A DNA stretch of 64,000 nucleotides from assembly GCA_964502605.1 (NCBI GenBank), contig CAZCXK010000011.1:1053-65052 (forward strand), written 5' to 3'. A program made the position numbers and the translations under genes. Below the pieces are notes generated by a model that did no database searches, had not been told where the DNA came from, and was given only the letters and a program-made list of their open reading frames with translations. Source of the DNA: an uncultured bacterium. GTDB lineage: Bacteria > Cyanobacteriota > Cyanobacteriia > CAZCXK01. Positions 1 to 10,406 of this stretch are shown here, in pieces. Position 1 is the first letter of the stretch, and each line of letters begins with the position of its first letter.

Positions 1-438
1 CGCCCCATCCTGCGTTCCATCCTGCGCCCTATCGTGCATCAGTGGGGGCATCCATCCCTGCCGACCCTGCCGCAGCAGGCTGAGCCATGGGCTCACGTTT
101 GCGACCCACTCTCCCGCATCCAACACCGCTGGCGACAGGCCAAATTCTGTGAGCGAATAATGCCCGACATAGGACGGGCGAGCCTCTAGTGGATGGGCAT
201 TGCCCCAATATTCACAGGCGACCTGAATTCGCTGTAAATCGCTGAAATACCAGAAAAATAAGCATTGATCAACCTGAAGCAATGAGGCAGTTTCAGCTAA
301 TGCCGCTTGCAGCACCACGTCAAGTTCTAAGGAGTCACGGATGCGATCAACTATTTGCCGCAGCAAGGCTCGTTGGGAGGCCGGGTAATGCAGCTTGCAA
401 ATCAGCTGTGGAAGCAGTCTGAGGGCGTTAATCAACAC
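1..438 (-). CDS. GAF-like sensor domain protein, N-terminal fragment (gene runs off the window start)
   Basis: Open frame on the minus strand from about 438 (GTG/TTG start; no in-frame ATG) to position 1 with no stops. The translation ...ALLRQIVDRIRDSLELDVVLQAALAETASLLQVDQCLFFWYF... is a typical GAF domain opening. Not in the ORF track because it leaves the window. Confidence 0.4.
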   Translation of the reverse strand, partial: MLINALRLLPQLICKLHYPASQRALLRQIVDRIRDSLELDVVLQAALAETASLLQVDQCLFFWYFSDLQRIQVACEYWGNAHPLEARPSYVGHYSLTEFGLSPAVLDAGEWVANVSPWLSLLRQGRQGWMPPLMHDRAQDGTQDGA

Positions 439-1369
439 AAGAGCACATGAATAGATATATTTAATACGCAAATTCTGATTCAGAGGAGGTCTTAAACCCC
501 CGCCGCCTCATTCGCTACCTGGACTCAGGACATGCTTCACTCCCTCAAGACGGTTAGACAACCTTGAGGCGTAATAGGAAAGAAGTATCATTTATAACAG
601 AGCCTGAATGATTTCAGGCATGGCAAACAATGGCTTTATCTTAAATTCGTTGGATGCTAAAGCTTTGATAGTTAGAGTAGGGGCGATCGCCCGTCATCAG
701 GCTCTGTGCCTTAGCCCGATCGACAGATGCCCTGCATTAACCGATGCCCTGTATTAAATGGCAATCGCATCTCAATTGAAACCTAGATTGTTACTGATAG
801 ATTGTTACCGACCAGCTCACGTCTGATCAGACTCTGATTGGGGTATAGTCGCCCATCGGTAGACACGCATCGATCTAAGACGGCCTGCGCAAGAATTGGC
901 TCTCACGATCTCGGCTCTTATCAGGGCTTGATTCGGATTTAATCAGACTGAATGAGTCAGACTTAAACCGGGGCTAAACACCCATCGACAATGCAAATGA
1001 TGGCTGTTTTCAGTAAACCCGTAATTCCGTATTTTCCGCAAGTTCTCTTTGTGAACGTTCATATTAATACATCTCACTTGAGATAGTTTTCGGATTTGAT
1101 GGCTGAAATGCTCCACCTGATCTCCGGCTGCTCACCCGATACGATCGCAAAATGATTCGGGTGTTACAGCAGCAGCACCAGCAGCGAAAATTGGCCAGAT
1201 TCATTCTCCGAGTTGGCAATGGCTCCCATGACGGAGTGGCTGTCAAGAAACAACGTCACTGTTGATGTGAGCGGCAGTTTTTGTGAGCGGTAGGGTGCTG
1301 TTAGCGCCAGCGTAACGCACCACCATGAGTTTATTTTTTACAATGCCGTAGCTGTGACCGGAGTAATCT

Positions 1370-1609
1370 ATGACTGACGTCAGGGAGTCTGCATCTTACA
1401 TAGGGCAATTCGCAGGTTACTCAGGGCATCTCGCATCTCACATAGAGCAATCCGCAGGTTACTCAGGGCATCTCGTATCTCACATGGAGCAATCCGCAGG
1501 TTACTCAGAGCATCTCGTACGCTACTCAGGGCATCTCGCACGTCACTTCGGGCATCTCGTTAGTCACTTAGAGACTTTTAAAATCTCATTCAACAAGATG
1601 GGGAAATGA
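1370..1609 (+). CDS. Possible small His-rich tandem-repeat peptide (GYSGHLASH[I/M]EQSA repeated), or a non-coding repeat array read through
   Basis: ORF-track 79 aa. GGAG lies 9 nt upstream of the ATG. A 14-aa repeat is encoded by 42-bp DNA tandem repeats. Coding status is uncertain. Confidence 0.25.
   Translation: MTDVRESASYIGQFAGYSGHLASHIEQSAGYSGHLVSHMEQSAGYSEHLVRYSGHLARHFGHLVSHLETFKISFNKMGK
1385..1575. repeat. Tandem direct repeats: 42-bp unit x2.5 with a 21-bp sub-period (core ctcagggcatctcg occurs 5 times)
   Basis: Units caggttactcagggcatctcgcatctcacatagagcaatccg at 1413-1454 and 1455-1496, followed by degenerate copies through about 1575. Lies 150-350 bp upstream of codA. Confidence 0.8.
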
Positions 1610-1750
1610 CCTCCGATAAACTACTGGACTTTCTGGATAGATGCGATCGCCCGTGTTCTATTGCACATCACACCGCCATACCACCCGGTCTAAAATAAGC
1701 GCGCCTCCGGTGGTGTTTCTGGTATTTTCTCTGGTATCCCTCGTAATCTA

Positions 1751-3049
1751 ATGATGTCTATGTCAAGTTCGTCGTTTCAGATAGTCCTGCGTCAAGGCCG
1801 ATTGCTCTATCCCGATCGCCCCTCCGAATTAGTCGATATCGGCATTGCTGACGGCCAGATTCAGGCGATCGCCCCCCGGCTCGATGGGTCGGCAGAGCAG
1901 GAAATCGACATTAAAGGCAAGCTCATCAGCCCGCCCTTTGTTGAATCGCACATTCACTTAGACTCAGCCCTGACGGCTGGGCAACCCCGCCAAAATCAAA
2001 GTGGCACCCTCTTTGAAGGGATTGAAATCTGGCGAGACCGCAAAGCCTCTCTCACCCTGGAGGATGTCAAAGAACGGGCGATCGCCACCCTCAAGCAACA
2101 GGCCATGCAGGGTGTGCTGTTTGTCCGCAGCCATGCCGATGTGAGCGAAAAAAATCTCATTGCCTTGCAAGGCTTGCTCGACGTCCGCGAGGCCGTCAAA
2201 GATTGGATGACGCTTCAGGTCGTTGCCTTCCCTCAAGATGGGGTATATGGCAGCCCACAGAATGACGAACTGCTTGAAGAGGCGCTGCGATTGGGAGCCG
2301 ACGCAGTTGGCGGCATTCCTCATTACGAGCTGACCCGCGAAGACGGTGTAAAGTCCATGCATCGCGTCTTTGAACTAGCCGCACGCTACGATCGCCTGAT
2401 TGACATTCACTGCGATGAGATTGACGATGACCAGTCTCGGTTTTTAGAAGTTGTGGCGGCTTGCGCCATCCGAGCAGGCAACGGCCATCGGGTCACGGCC
2501 AGCCACACTACCGCCATGGGTTCTTATAACAATGCCTACGCCATGAAGTTGATCAGCTTTCTCGATCGGGCTCAAATCAATTTCATTGCCAATCCGTTAA
2601 TTAACATCACACTGCAAGGGAGAACGGATACTTACCCCAAGCGGCGCGGTGTGACGCGGGTCAAAGAACTTTGGCAACGCGGCCTCAATGTCAGCCTCGG
2701 TCACGACTGCATTCAAGACCCCTGGTATTCTCTCGGCACAGGCAATATGCTCGATGTTGCCAGCATGACTCTCCATGTGTGCCAGATGACGGGCAAAACT
2801 GAAATTGATGCCTGCTACAACATGGTCACCTGGAACGGCGCAAAAACGCTCCATCTCGAAGACCGCTATGGCATTGAGGTGGGTAAGCCTGCTAATTTAA
2901 TTGTGCTGGATGCGGGCGATCGCAATGAAGCCATCCGCAGACGAGCCACCGTGCAGGCTGTCATCTCTCGCGGCACCCTCATTGCCGAGACGACGCCACC
3001 TCAGTCTCAATGGCACCTGACCCGAAAAGCGCTGCCCATCAGGGCTTAG
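1751..3049 (+). CDS. codA: Cytosine deaminase (amidohydrolase superfamily)
   Basis: 432 aa. PFVESHIHLDS metal-binding motif, ...QNQSGTLFEGIE..., ...VTASHTTAM..., DRLIDIHCDEIDD. Near-colinear by eye with E. coli CodA. Confidence 0.9.
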   Translation: MMSMSSSSFQIVLRQGRLLYPDRPSELVDIGIADGQIQAIAPRLDGSAEQEIDIKGKLISPPFVESHIHLDSALTAGQPRQNQSGTLFEGIEIWRDRKASLTLEDVKERAIATLKQQAMQGVLFVRSHADVSEKNLIALQGLLDVREAVKDWMTLQVVAFPQDGVYGSPQNDELLEEALRLGADAVGGIPHYELTREDGVKSMHRVFELAARYDRLIDIHCDEIDDDQSRFLEVVAACAIRAGNGHRVTASHTTAMGSYNNAYAMKLISFLDRAQINFIANPLINITLQGRTDTYPKRRGVTRVKELWQRGLNVSLGHDCIQDPWYSLGTGNMLDVASMTLHVCQMTGKTEIDACYNMVTWNGAKTLHLEDRYGIEVGKPANLIVLDAGDRNEAIRRRATVQAVISRGTLIAETTPPQSQWHLTRKALPIRA

Positions 3050-3333
3050 TAAAGGTCTAGGTCAGGGGTGTTCATCCCGCAAGAATTAGCATTTCGTTAA
3101 GTGCGTAAACATCCATTAACCGAGGTCTAGGATAGGTTCGGTGGAGTTGCAACGCACTGTGCCCTAAGGCTTTGACGGGCTAGTAATAATTTAATGCGTC
3201 CCTCACTATTCATGTTGCGCGCTGAGGCGCTCTGCTTAACAGAGCGCTAATTCTAAAACTGTACGCTAAACTTGGATAGAGCTGAAGCCAGCGATGGCTT
3301 GAGCTTTTTCCAGAAACGTAATTTCTTGGAAAG

Positions 3334-3360
3334 AGTGGGCACCGCCCGCTTTTTTTGTTT
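3334..3360 (+). terminator. Rho-independent terminator-like hairpin downstream of codA
   Basis: AGTGGGC-acc-GCCCGCT (7 bp stem with one G.U pair) followed by TTTTTTTGTTT. A second weaker hairpin plus T-run lies at 3285-3310 (AAGCCA gcga TGGCTT gagcttttt). Confidence 0.5.
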
Positions 3361-3436
3361 ATTGGGTTAAATCCGCGCTGGCATAAGGTTCTTAGCTTTA
3401 ATCATGTGTTAGAGCTAGGCATCTTCGATAGAACTG

Positions 3437-3898
3437 ATGACTCATCCTCTCATTCCGCAAATTATTGATCTGGCCATTCCTGTTGCTGACACCTTAGGCC
3501 TAGAAATTGTGGGGGCCGTCTTTCACACAAACCAAAGTCCGCCAGTGTTACGAGTCGATATTCGCAACCTGCACAAAGATACAGGACTTGACGACTGCGA
3601 ACGCATGAGTCGGGCATTGGAAACAACGCTTGACACCCTGGATGTCATTCCAGATGCATATGTCTTGGAGGTTTCTAGCCCAGGAATTTCTCGCACCCTG
3701 ATGACTGATCGCGAGTTCATTTCATTTAAAGGATTTTCGATTATTGTCATCACCTCTGAACCCTATGAGGGGCAGCAAGCCTGGGAAGGCAAGCTTATTC
3801 GCCGCGATGAAGACGCCGTTTATGTCAATCGCAAGGGACGTGCGATCGCCATCCCAAGGAAGTTGGTCAGCAAAGTAATTCTCGATGATCGAATCTAA
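3437..3898 (+). CDS. rimP: Ribosome maturation factor RimP
   Basis: 153 aa. Sits immediately upstream of nusA in the conserved rimP-nusA-infB arrangement. N-terminus ...[21 protein letters not shown]... is typical of RimP/YhbC. Confidence 0.85.
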   Translation: MTHPLIPQIIDLAIPVADTLGLEIVGAVFHTNQSPPVLRVDIRNLHKDTGLDDCERMSRALETTLDTLDVIPDAYVLEVSSPGISRTLMTDREFISFKGFSIIVITSEPYEGQQAWEGKLIRRDEDAVYVNRKGRAIAIPRKLVSKVILDDRI

Positions 3899-4111
3899 TT
3901 TCAGGACATCTCATCCGAACTCTTCTTCCCGATTACCGACAGCAAGCCTTAGATTCTACTGCTGTCTTGTGAAACTAGGGGGCTAGGCGGAGTCAGTCAC
4001 CCCCAGCACTTGCAGATTTGCACGCGAATAGGTGACGCTACCAATTTTGGTGTTGCACCGTTCCCCCTTGGCTCATCCAAACTGCCGAATTGTCTTGGCG
4101 ATTCAGATTTA

Positions 4112-4117
4112 CACGGA
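4112..4117 (+). promoter_or_regulatory. Shine-Dalgarno (GGAGGA) for nusA
   Basis: GGAGGA lies 11 nt upstream of the ATG at 4129. This supports 4129 rather than the upstream ORF-track start at 4090. Confidence 0.5.
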
Positions 4118-4128
4118 GGACAGTATTT

Positions 4129-5613
4129 ATGTCGATGGTTAACCTGCCTGGGCTACAAGAAATGATTGAAGGCATTAGTCGTGAACGCAATTTGCCCAAA
4201 CATGCAGTGCAATCGGCACTACGCGAAGCTCTTCTCAAAGGATATGAGCGCTATCGCCGCACCCATCGCCCCGACGCTGAAACGTTTGACGAAGAATATT
4301 TTGACAACTTTGAGGTAGAGCTTGACATCGAAGATGAAGGGTTCCGCGTTCTGGCAACCAAAACCATCGTTGAAGAAGTTACCGTTTCTGATCATCAGAT
4401 TGCGCTGCGAGAAGTTCAAGAGGTCGCAGCAGAAGCTCAGTTGGGAGACACTGTTGTTTTAGACGTGACCCCCGAGCAGAGCGAATTTGGACGCATGGCG
4501 GCAATTCAAACCAAACAAGTTTTGGCTCAAAAGCTACGGGATCAACAGCGGAAACTGGTTCAAGAAGAATTTCAAGACCTGGAAGGAACCGTCTTGCAGG
4601 CTCGGGTGCTGCGATTTGAGCGCCAGTCGGTGATCATGGCCGTCACGAGCGGCTTTGGTCAGCCAGAAGTTGAGGCCGAGCTGCTCAAACGAGATCAGCT
4701 CCCCAATGACAACTATCGGGTCAATACAACCTTTAAGGTCTATCTCAAGAAAGTTTCAGAAGGGTCGCACCGTGGGCCTCAGCTTTTGGTCTCTCGTGCC
4801 GATGCCGGGCTGGTTGTTTATCTCTTCGCCAATGAAGTGCCAGAAATCGAAGATGAAATCGTGCGGATTGTTGCGGTTGCCCGTGAGGCTAATCCGCCAT
4901 CGCGACACATTGGCCCGCGCACTAAGATTGCAGTTGATACGTTAGAGCGAGATGTTGACCCGGTGGGAGCCTGCATTGGCGCTAGAGGATCGCGGATTCA
5001 AGTGGTGGTCAATGAGTTGCGCGGTGAAAAGATCGATGTGATTCGATGGTCGCCCGATCCAGCGACTTACATCGCCAACGCCCTCAGCCCCGCTCGAGTC
5101 GATGAGGTGCGCTTGATTAATCCTGACGATCGCCAAACTCATGTGCTGGTGCCCGACGATCAGCTCAGTCTAGCGATTGGCAAAGAAGGGCAAAATGTTC
5201 GACTGGCTGCACGTCTGACCGGGTGGAAAATTGATATCAAAGATTCTGCCAAGTATGACTACGATGCGGAAGATCGCAAGATTCAAGAGTTAGAGGCGGA
5301 ACGCCAATTACAGCAAGAACGCCGTCAGGCAGCTCTAGCGGCTGACGAGGATGAGCTAGACGATTATGACGATTACGACGACGACGAGAATGATCTAGAC
5401 GAATCTGCGACTCCTGCTGTTGCGTCTGAAAAGATGGCAGATGATGATACAGATGACGCAGATGGTGAGGACATAACAGACATGCAGGAGGATGAAGATA
5501 TGGCAGAGGCGATCGCCCCTGAGGCATCTGGATCTAACAACACGCCTTCCAATGCATCAAGAGACGGATTCGGCATGGAATCAAGTGCTGCGATCGAGCG
5601 CCCAAATCAGTAG
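4129..5613 (+). CDS. nusA: Transcription termination/antitermination factor NusA (with acidic disordered C-terminal tail in place of AR1/AR2 repeats)
   Basis: MSMVNLPGLQEMIEGISRERNLPKHAVQSALREALLKGYERY matches the NusA N-terminal domain. S1 and KH regions follow. The last ~130 aa are D/E-rich low complexity. Confidence 0.95.
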   Translation: MSMVNLPGLQEMIEGISRERNLPKHAVQSALREALLKGYERYRRTHRPDAETFDEEYFDNFEVELDIEDEGFRVLATKTIVEEVTVSDHQIALREVQEVAAEAQLGDTVVLDVTPEQSEFGRMAAIQTKQVLAQKLRDQQRKLVQEEFQDLEGTVLQARVLRFERQSVIMAVTSGFGQPEVEAELLKRDQLPNDNYRVNTTFKVYLKKVSEGSHRGPQLLVSRADAGLVVYLFANEVPEIEDEIVRIVAVAREANPPSRHIGPRTKIAVDTLERDVDPVGACIGARGSRIQVVVNELRGEKIDVIRWSPDPATYIANALSPARVDEVRLINPDDRQTHVLVPDDQLSLAIGKEGQNVRLAARLTGWKIDIKDSAKYDYDAEDRKIQELEAERQLQQERRQAALAADEDELDDYDDYDDDENDLDESATPAVASEKMADDDTDDADGEDITDMQEDEDMAEAIAPEASGSNNTPSNASRDGFGMESSAAIERPNQ

Positions 5614-5649
5614 CGCAAGGGCAAAGTAGCGCAAGGGCAAAATAGAAGC

Positions 5650-5952
5650 ATGAAGCATAACTATCGCCGCTGTATCAGTTGCCGCAAAACTGCACCAAGA
5701 CAGGAGTTTTGGCGGATTGTCCGGGTTCATCCGTCTCGCAATCTCCAGCTAGATACCGGAATGGGGCGCTCCGCATATCTTTGTCCCAATTCCCATTGCC
5801 TCAAAACAGCTCAAAAGAAGAACCGTTTGAGTCGAGCTTTAAAAACGTCGGTGTCAGTAGAGGTCTATGATGAGCTTTGGCAGCGATTATCAAATCATTT
5901 AGACGAATCGCCCGACACTATCACTCTCAACCAAGCGGTTGAGGTTCATTGA
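5650..5952 (+). CDS. ylxR: YlxR/RnpM-family RNA-binding protein (DUF448)
   Basis: 100 aa with R/K-rich ...RRCISCRKTAPRQEFWRIVRV...; conserved position between nusA and infB. Confidence 0.8.
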   Translation: MKHNYRRCISCRKTAPRQEFWRIVRVHPSRNLQLDTGMGRSAYLCPNSHCLKTAQKKNRLSRALKTSVSVEVYDELWQRLSNHLDESPDTITLNQAVEVH

Positions 5953-6582
5953 GAGATTCAGCTACTCTGATGAAGCCTTCGAACGCTGGCCTTGCCAGAT
6001 TTTGGAGAAAGTTAGACGACAAACACATCGTCTGAGGCGGTCTCAACGCCAGCAGGCAGAAATATAAAAAACTGACCTGCCGTCCTGAACGCTCTTTGTG
6101 CGACACGTTAGGATAGTGTAGATGATGATGCACATGCGGCAATGATTTGACGGTTCCGATCGTTTTTATACGATCGTTGTCGATTAGAGGTGGTTCAAGG
6201 GATAATGCATGGGTTGGTCAATCCATGATTATCAGACCCTAGCATCTTCCAGCCACGAAGATAAATCTGTAGGCAGATGTGAAGGTAGGGTTGCAGCTTA
6301 GGCTATGGATAGATATTCTGTAATGTCTAGCCAGTTAGTCATCCTAAGGCTGAGCCTTGTGTTTTGATAGATCTGGAGTCAATGCTGAATCTAGATTAGT
6401 TTGGATAATTTTCTAGGAGGACGGTAAAGATTGATTATTCGAATTGTCGATAGTTTGGGTTCCTGTTACGTCAAAGTGGATCGCTATCTTCACGTCTTCA
6501 AACCATGAGATATGAAAACCGTCGTTTCATTAGGGCAGTGAGTCGTATGTAGAAATCAGTTGGTTCGATGAGGAAAGAGTGG

Positions 6583-9500
6583 ATGAACAACGGCAAAGTC
6601 AGAATATACGAGCTTTCAAAAGAGTTAAATTTGGATAATAGAGACATCTTGGCAATTTGTGACCAGCTTAATATTTCAGCTAAGAGCCACAGCAGCACCA
6701 TTACAGAGCAAGACGCAAGTCGTATTCGGACAGCAGCCGAAAAATACACTCCGATCCGAGCCGCTTCCGCTTCTACTACGAAGCATGTTGCCGTCAGTCA
6801 ATCAACGGGTTCTCGTACATCGCCGTCTGTGTCAAAGCCACCTGTCAAAAAGAAACAGCAAATTTTAGAGATTCGTAGGCACCAGCCTGTCGCTGAATCG
6901 CCTAACCGTCCAGAGGTAATGGCGAAGCCTCAGATGCCTCAGGCTGATGATGCTCCTATGTCTGCTTCTCCGAATGCCACACCTCCGTTGTCGCAATCTC
7001 GTCCGGCGCGGCGAGATTCACAGTCTGAAGAGTCTCAGTCTGATTTGATATCGCCTCCCTTTTCTGCCGAGGCTGTTGAGCCGCACGAAGCTGCAGAAGT
7101 GCTAATCGTTCAAGAACAGGACGAACAAGATATGCCCACGCTGATCAAGCCGCCGCCCAGACCGTCGGCTGGCCGGGATCGTACCCTATCACGCACCTCT
7201 ACCTCTGATCAGCGTGAGGAACCTGCATCACCTTCTACAGTAGAGCGTCCGATTATTAGGCGGCTAAAGCCTCAGCGCTCCGCAGATTCTGATATAGCTG
7301 CTTCTGAAACAGGTGAGCCAGTTGAGTCTCGTCGGGAACCATCTCGTGATGGGCGATCGCCTGCTGCACCCCGACCAAAACCTGCAATTGAACTGAGGAA
7401 GCCTCCATCAAGGCCGTCTGAAGGTGTGCCCAAGCCTAGCAAAGGCCAGCCTCAAGACGATGATTCGATGGTTGACGCCACGGATGATGCTTCGCCGTTA
7501 GATGAATTAGACCTGCAACGTCCTGTTCCGCCTCGTCCGCACAAGAAGCAGAAGACGCGCCGAGAGGAAGAAGAAGAAGACCAAGATGTTCTGCAAACTC
7601 AAGCCAAGCCAGCAAAGGCAAAGCGTCGTGCTCAGCCTGTCATTGATGATGAAGATGACGATCTGGATGACTTGAAGAATGGCGAAGATAGCGCCTTGAC
7701 TCAGATCAGCCTTTCCTTGATGCGCCCTCCCAAACCCAAAAGCTTGCAAAGCCAGAAGAAGCCAGTTGCAACGCCAACAGCTCAGCGTAATCGGAAGCCC
7801 GAGTCGCGGGAGACATCCAGTCGCGGTCAGCGGCGTGAGCGCCGGGAAGCTGAAAGTAAGCGTGACCGTCCAGAACTGATCACGTTGACTGACAGCATTT
7901 CTGTTCATGATTTGGCAGAAGCGTTGACAGTCCCTGAAACAGAAGTGATTCGAGCGCTCTTCTATAAAGGAATTGCGGCTAATATCAATCAGATTTTAGA
8001 TATTCCGACGGCCACCATGGTGGCTGAAGAATTTAGCATTTTGGTTGAAACCGCTGAAGCTGAGGCCGAAGCGAAGAAGATTACCGAGATGCTTGACGCA
8101 TCTGACTTAGATCAGCTGCAGCGTCGTCCACCCGTGGTAACTATCATGGGGCATGTTGACCACGGCAAAACAACGCTTCTCGATTCAATTCGTGAGACAA
8201 AAGTGGCTCAAGGCGAAGCAGGTGGTATTACCCAGCACATCGGTGCTTACCATGTGAACGTCGAACATGGTGACGCGGTGCAGCAGGTTGTCTTCCTCGA
8301 CACCCCTGGCCATGAAGCCTTTACAGCGATGCGCGCGCGCGGAGCCCGAGTGACTGATATTGCCATCTTGGTGGTGGCTGCTGACGATGGGGTTCGTCCT
8401 CAGACCATTGAAGCGATTAGCCACGCTAAGGCTGCTGAGGTGCCTATTGTTGTTGCTATTAACAAGGTTGATAAAGAAGAGGCTCAGCCGGAGCGGGTTA
8501 AGCAAGAGTTAACCGAGTATGGTCTCGTCCCAGAAGAGTGGGGCGGCGAGACGATCATGGTGCCTGTTAGTGCGATTAATGGAGATAACCTTGATACCCT
8601 GCTGGAAATGATCCTGCTGGTGGCAGAGGTGGAAGATCTCTATGCCAATCCCGATCGCCCCGCTCGAGGTACAGTTATCGAAGCCAATCTTGATAAGGCT
8701 CGTGGTCCAGTGGCGACGCTCTTGGTACAAAATGGCACGCTTCGCATTGGCGATAGCCTAGTTGCAGGTTCTGCCTTTGGTAAGGTACGAGCTATGATCG
8801 ATGACCGAGGCAAGCGGGTTAATCAGGCACATCCCTCCTTTGCGGTCGAAGTTTTAGGACTCAATGATGTTCCTGCTGCGGGTGACGAATTTGAGATTTT
8901 CGTTGAGGAGAAGGAGGCGCGTTCGGTTGCGTCTACACGCGCCGATCAGCAGCGTCAGTCACGCTTACAGCAGGCGATGGCGTCTCGTCGAGTTAGTTTG
9001 AACAGCCTCTCTGCTCAAGCGCAAGAGGGTGAGCTTAAAGAATTGAATCTGGTTCTTAAGGCTGATGTTCAAGGTTCGCTAGAGGCCATTTTGTCATCGC
9101 TGCAGCAGTTACCTCAGAAGGAAGTGCAGGTGCGAGTTCTGTTTGCTGCACCAGGTGAAATCACTGAAACTGATGTTGACCTAGCTGCTGCTAGTAATGC
9201 CGTCATTGTCGGGTTTAATACGACACTTGCCACCGGAGCTCGTCAGGCGGCGGATCGCGCCGGAGTCGATGTTCGAGACTACAACATTATCTATAAGCTC
9301 TTGGAAGACATTCAAGGTGCTATGGAGGGCTTGCTTGAGCCTGAGATGGTTGAAGAACCCTTGGGTGAGGTTCAAGTCCGTGCTGTATTTCCGGTTAATA
9401 AGGGTTCGGTTGCAGGATGTTATGTGCAATCGGGTAAAGTTGTTCGGAACTGTAAAGTTCGAGTACGTCGAGGTGACAGCGTCGTGTATGAAGGCACGCT

Positions 9501-9651
9501 GGATTCCTTAAAGCGAGTCAAGGATGACGTGAAGGAAGTGAATGCGGGTTACGAATGTGGTATTCGCATCGATCGCTTTAATGACTGGCAAGAAAATGAT
9601 CAGATTGAAGCCTTCCGCCTTGTCAGCAAGCGACGCACCCTGTCAGCTTAA
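6583..9651 (+). CDS. infB: Translation initiation factor IF-2
   Basis: G domain [31 protein letters not shown]-terminal ~440 aa Pro/Ser/Arg/Glu-rich low complexity. A GAGGAAAGAG motif precedes the ATG at 6583; the ORF track starts 15 nt earlier. Confidence 0.95.
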   Translation: MNNGKVRIYELSKELNLDNRDILAICDQLNISAKSHSSTITEQDASRIRTAAEKYTPIRAASASTTKHVAVSQSTGSRTSPSVSKPPVKKKQQILEIRRHQPVAESPNRPEVMAKPQMPQADDAPMSASPNATPPLSQSRPARRDSQSEESQSDLISPPFSAEAVEPHEAAEVLIVQEQDEQDMPTLIKPPPRPSAGRDRTLSRTSTSDQREEPASPSTVERPIIRRLKPQRSADSDIAASETGEPVESRREPSRDGRSPAAPRPKPAIELRKPPSRPSEGVPKPSKGQPQDDDSMVDATDDASPLDELDLQRPVPPRPHKKQKTRREEEEEDQDVLQTQAKPAKAKRRAQPVIDDEDDDLDDLKNGEDSALTQISLSLMRPPKPKSLQSQKKPVATPTAQRNRKPESRETSSRGQRRERREAESKRDRPELITLTDSISVHDLAEALTVPETEVIRALFYKGIAANINQILDIPTATMVAEEFSILVETAEAEAEAKKITEMLDASDLDQLQRRPPVVTIMGHVDHGKTTLLDSIRETKVAQGEAGGITQHIGAYHVNVEHGDAVQQVVFLDTPGHEAFTAMRARGARVTDIAILVVAADDGVRPQTIEAISHAKAAEVPIVVAINKVDKEEAQPERVKQELTEYGLVPEEWGGETIMVPVSAINGDNLDTLLEMILLVAEVEDLYANPDRPARGTVIEANLDKARGPVATLLVQNGTLRIGDSLVAGSAFGKVRAMIDDRGKRVNQAHPSFAVEVLGLNDVPAAGDEFEIFVEEKEARSVASTRADQQRQSRLQQAMASRRVSLNSLSAQAQEGELKELNLVLKADVQGSLEAILSSLQQLPQKEVQVRVLFAAPGEITETDVDLAAASNAVIVGFNTTLATGARQAADRAGVDVRDYNIIYKLLEDIQGAMEGLLEPEMVEEPLGEVQVRAVFPVNKGSVAGCYVQSGKVVRNCKVRVRRGDSVVYEGTLDSLKRVKDDVKEVNAGYECGIRIDRFNDWQENDQIEAFRLVSKRRTLSA

Positions 9652-9700
9652 TCATGCTGTCTTGCTTGATTTAGGGCTGAATCTGATACATGAGGGGGGT

Positions 9701-10330
9701 ATGGAGGAGAGCACCGTTCAAGTTTGCGATCGCGATTTGTCTGAATCACTTTTGTCTCACTATCTGGAGGCAGACGCGATCGCCATTGATACAGAAACAA
9801 TGGGTCTATTGCCGCAGCGCGATCGCCTTTGTTTAGTTCAGCTCTGTGATCGGCAAAATCGCGCTGCGGCAGTGCGTATTGAGCGGGGGCAAACATCTGC
9901 TTCTAACCTCAAGCGTTTACTGGAAGCCAGCACAATCATGAAGGTTTTCCATTTCGCCCGATTTGACGTCGCCACCTTGCGGTATCACCTTAACATTCAG
10001 GTTACGCCCGTTTTTTGCACCAAAATTGCCAGCAAATTGGCTCGCACTTACAGTTCTAGGCATGGGCTCAAGGAACTGGTGCAAGAGCTAGAACATATAG
10101 AGCTAGACAAAAGTTCTCAGAGTTCTGATTGGGGTAATGCTGCTAACCTATCATCCCAACAGGTGCAATATGCGGCTAACGATGTCCGCTATCTATTAGG
10201 CCTCCGCGATAAGCTCACAGACATGCTCAAGCGAGAGCAGCGTTGGGAGGTGGCTCAAGACTGTTTTGATTGCATTCCAACCTTTGTCACGCTTGATTTA
10301 ATGCAGTATCAAGGCATCTTTGAACATTAG
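9701..10330 (+). CDS. 3'-5' exonuclease, RNase D-like (DEDDy family), single-domain
   Basis: 209 aa from MEESTVQ...; AIDTETMGL (DEDD motif I), ...VFHFARFDVATL..., ...YAANDVRYLL... (motif III with Tyr). The ORF-track upstream extension overlaps the infB end and is rejected. Confidence 0.7.
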   Translation: MEESTVQVCDRDLSESLLSHYLEADAIAIDTETMGLLPQRDRLCLVQLCDRQNRAAAVRIERGQTSASNLKRLLEASTIMKVFHFARFDVATLRYHLNIQVTPVFCTKIASKLARTYSSRHGLKELVQELEHIELDKSSQSSDWGNAANLSSQQVQYAANDVRYLLGLRDKLTDMLKREQRWEVAQDCFDCIPTFVTLDLMQYQGIFEH

Positions 10331-10406
10331 AACCCGGATCTGCTGATGTGCTGACAGATATAGCATTCGAGCAGAGGTTGATTGTGATGCTCCCAAGGGA
10401 TGGTAC

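Noticed and set aside
4090-4128. Upstream alternative starts from the ORF track (nusA 4090, infB 6568, AMIN protein 35071, RNase D-like 9542, CarA 39004, SDR 26731, hybrid HK 41833)
   Set aside because: Internal starts have Shine-Dalgarno motifs and match the conserved N-termini of the respective families. Several track starts are GTG/TTG extensions, or overlap the upstream gene.
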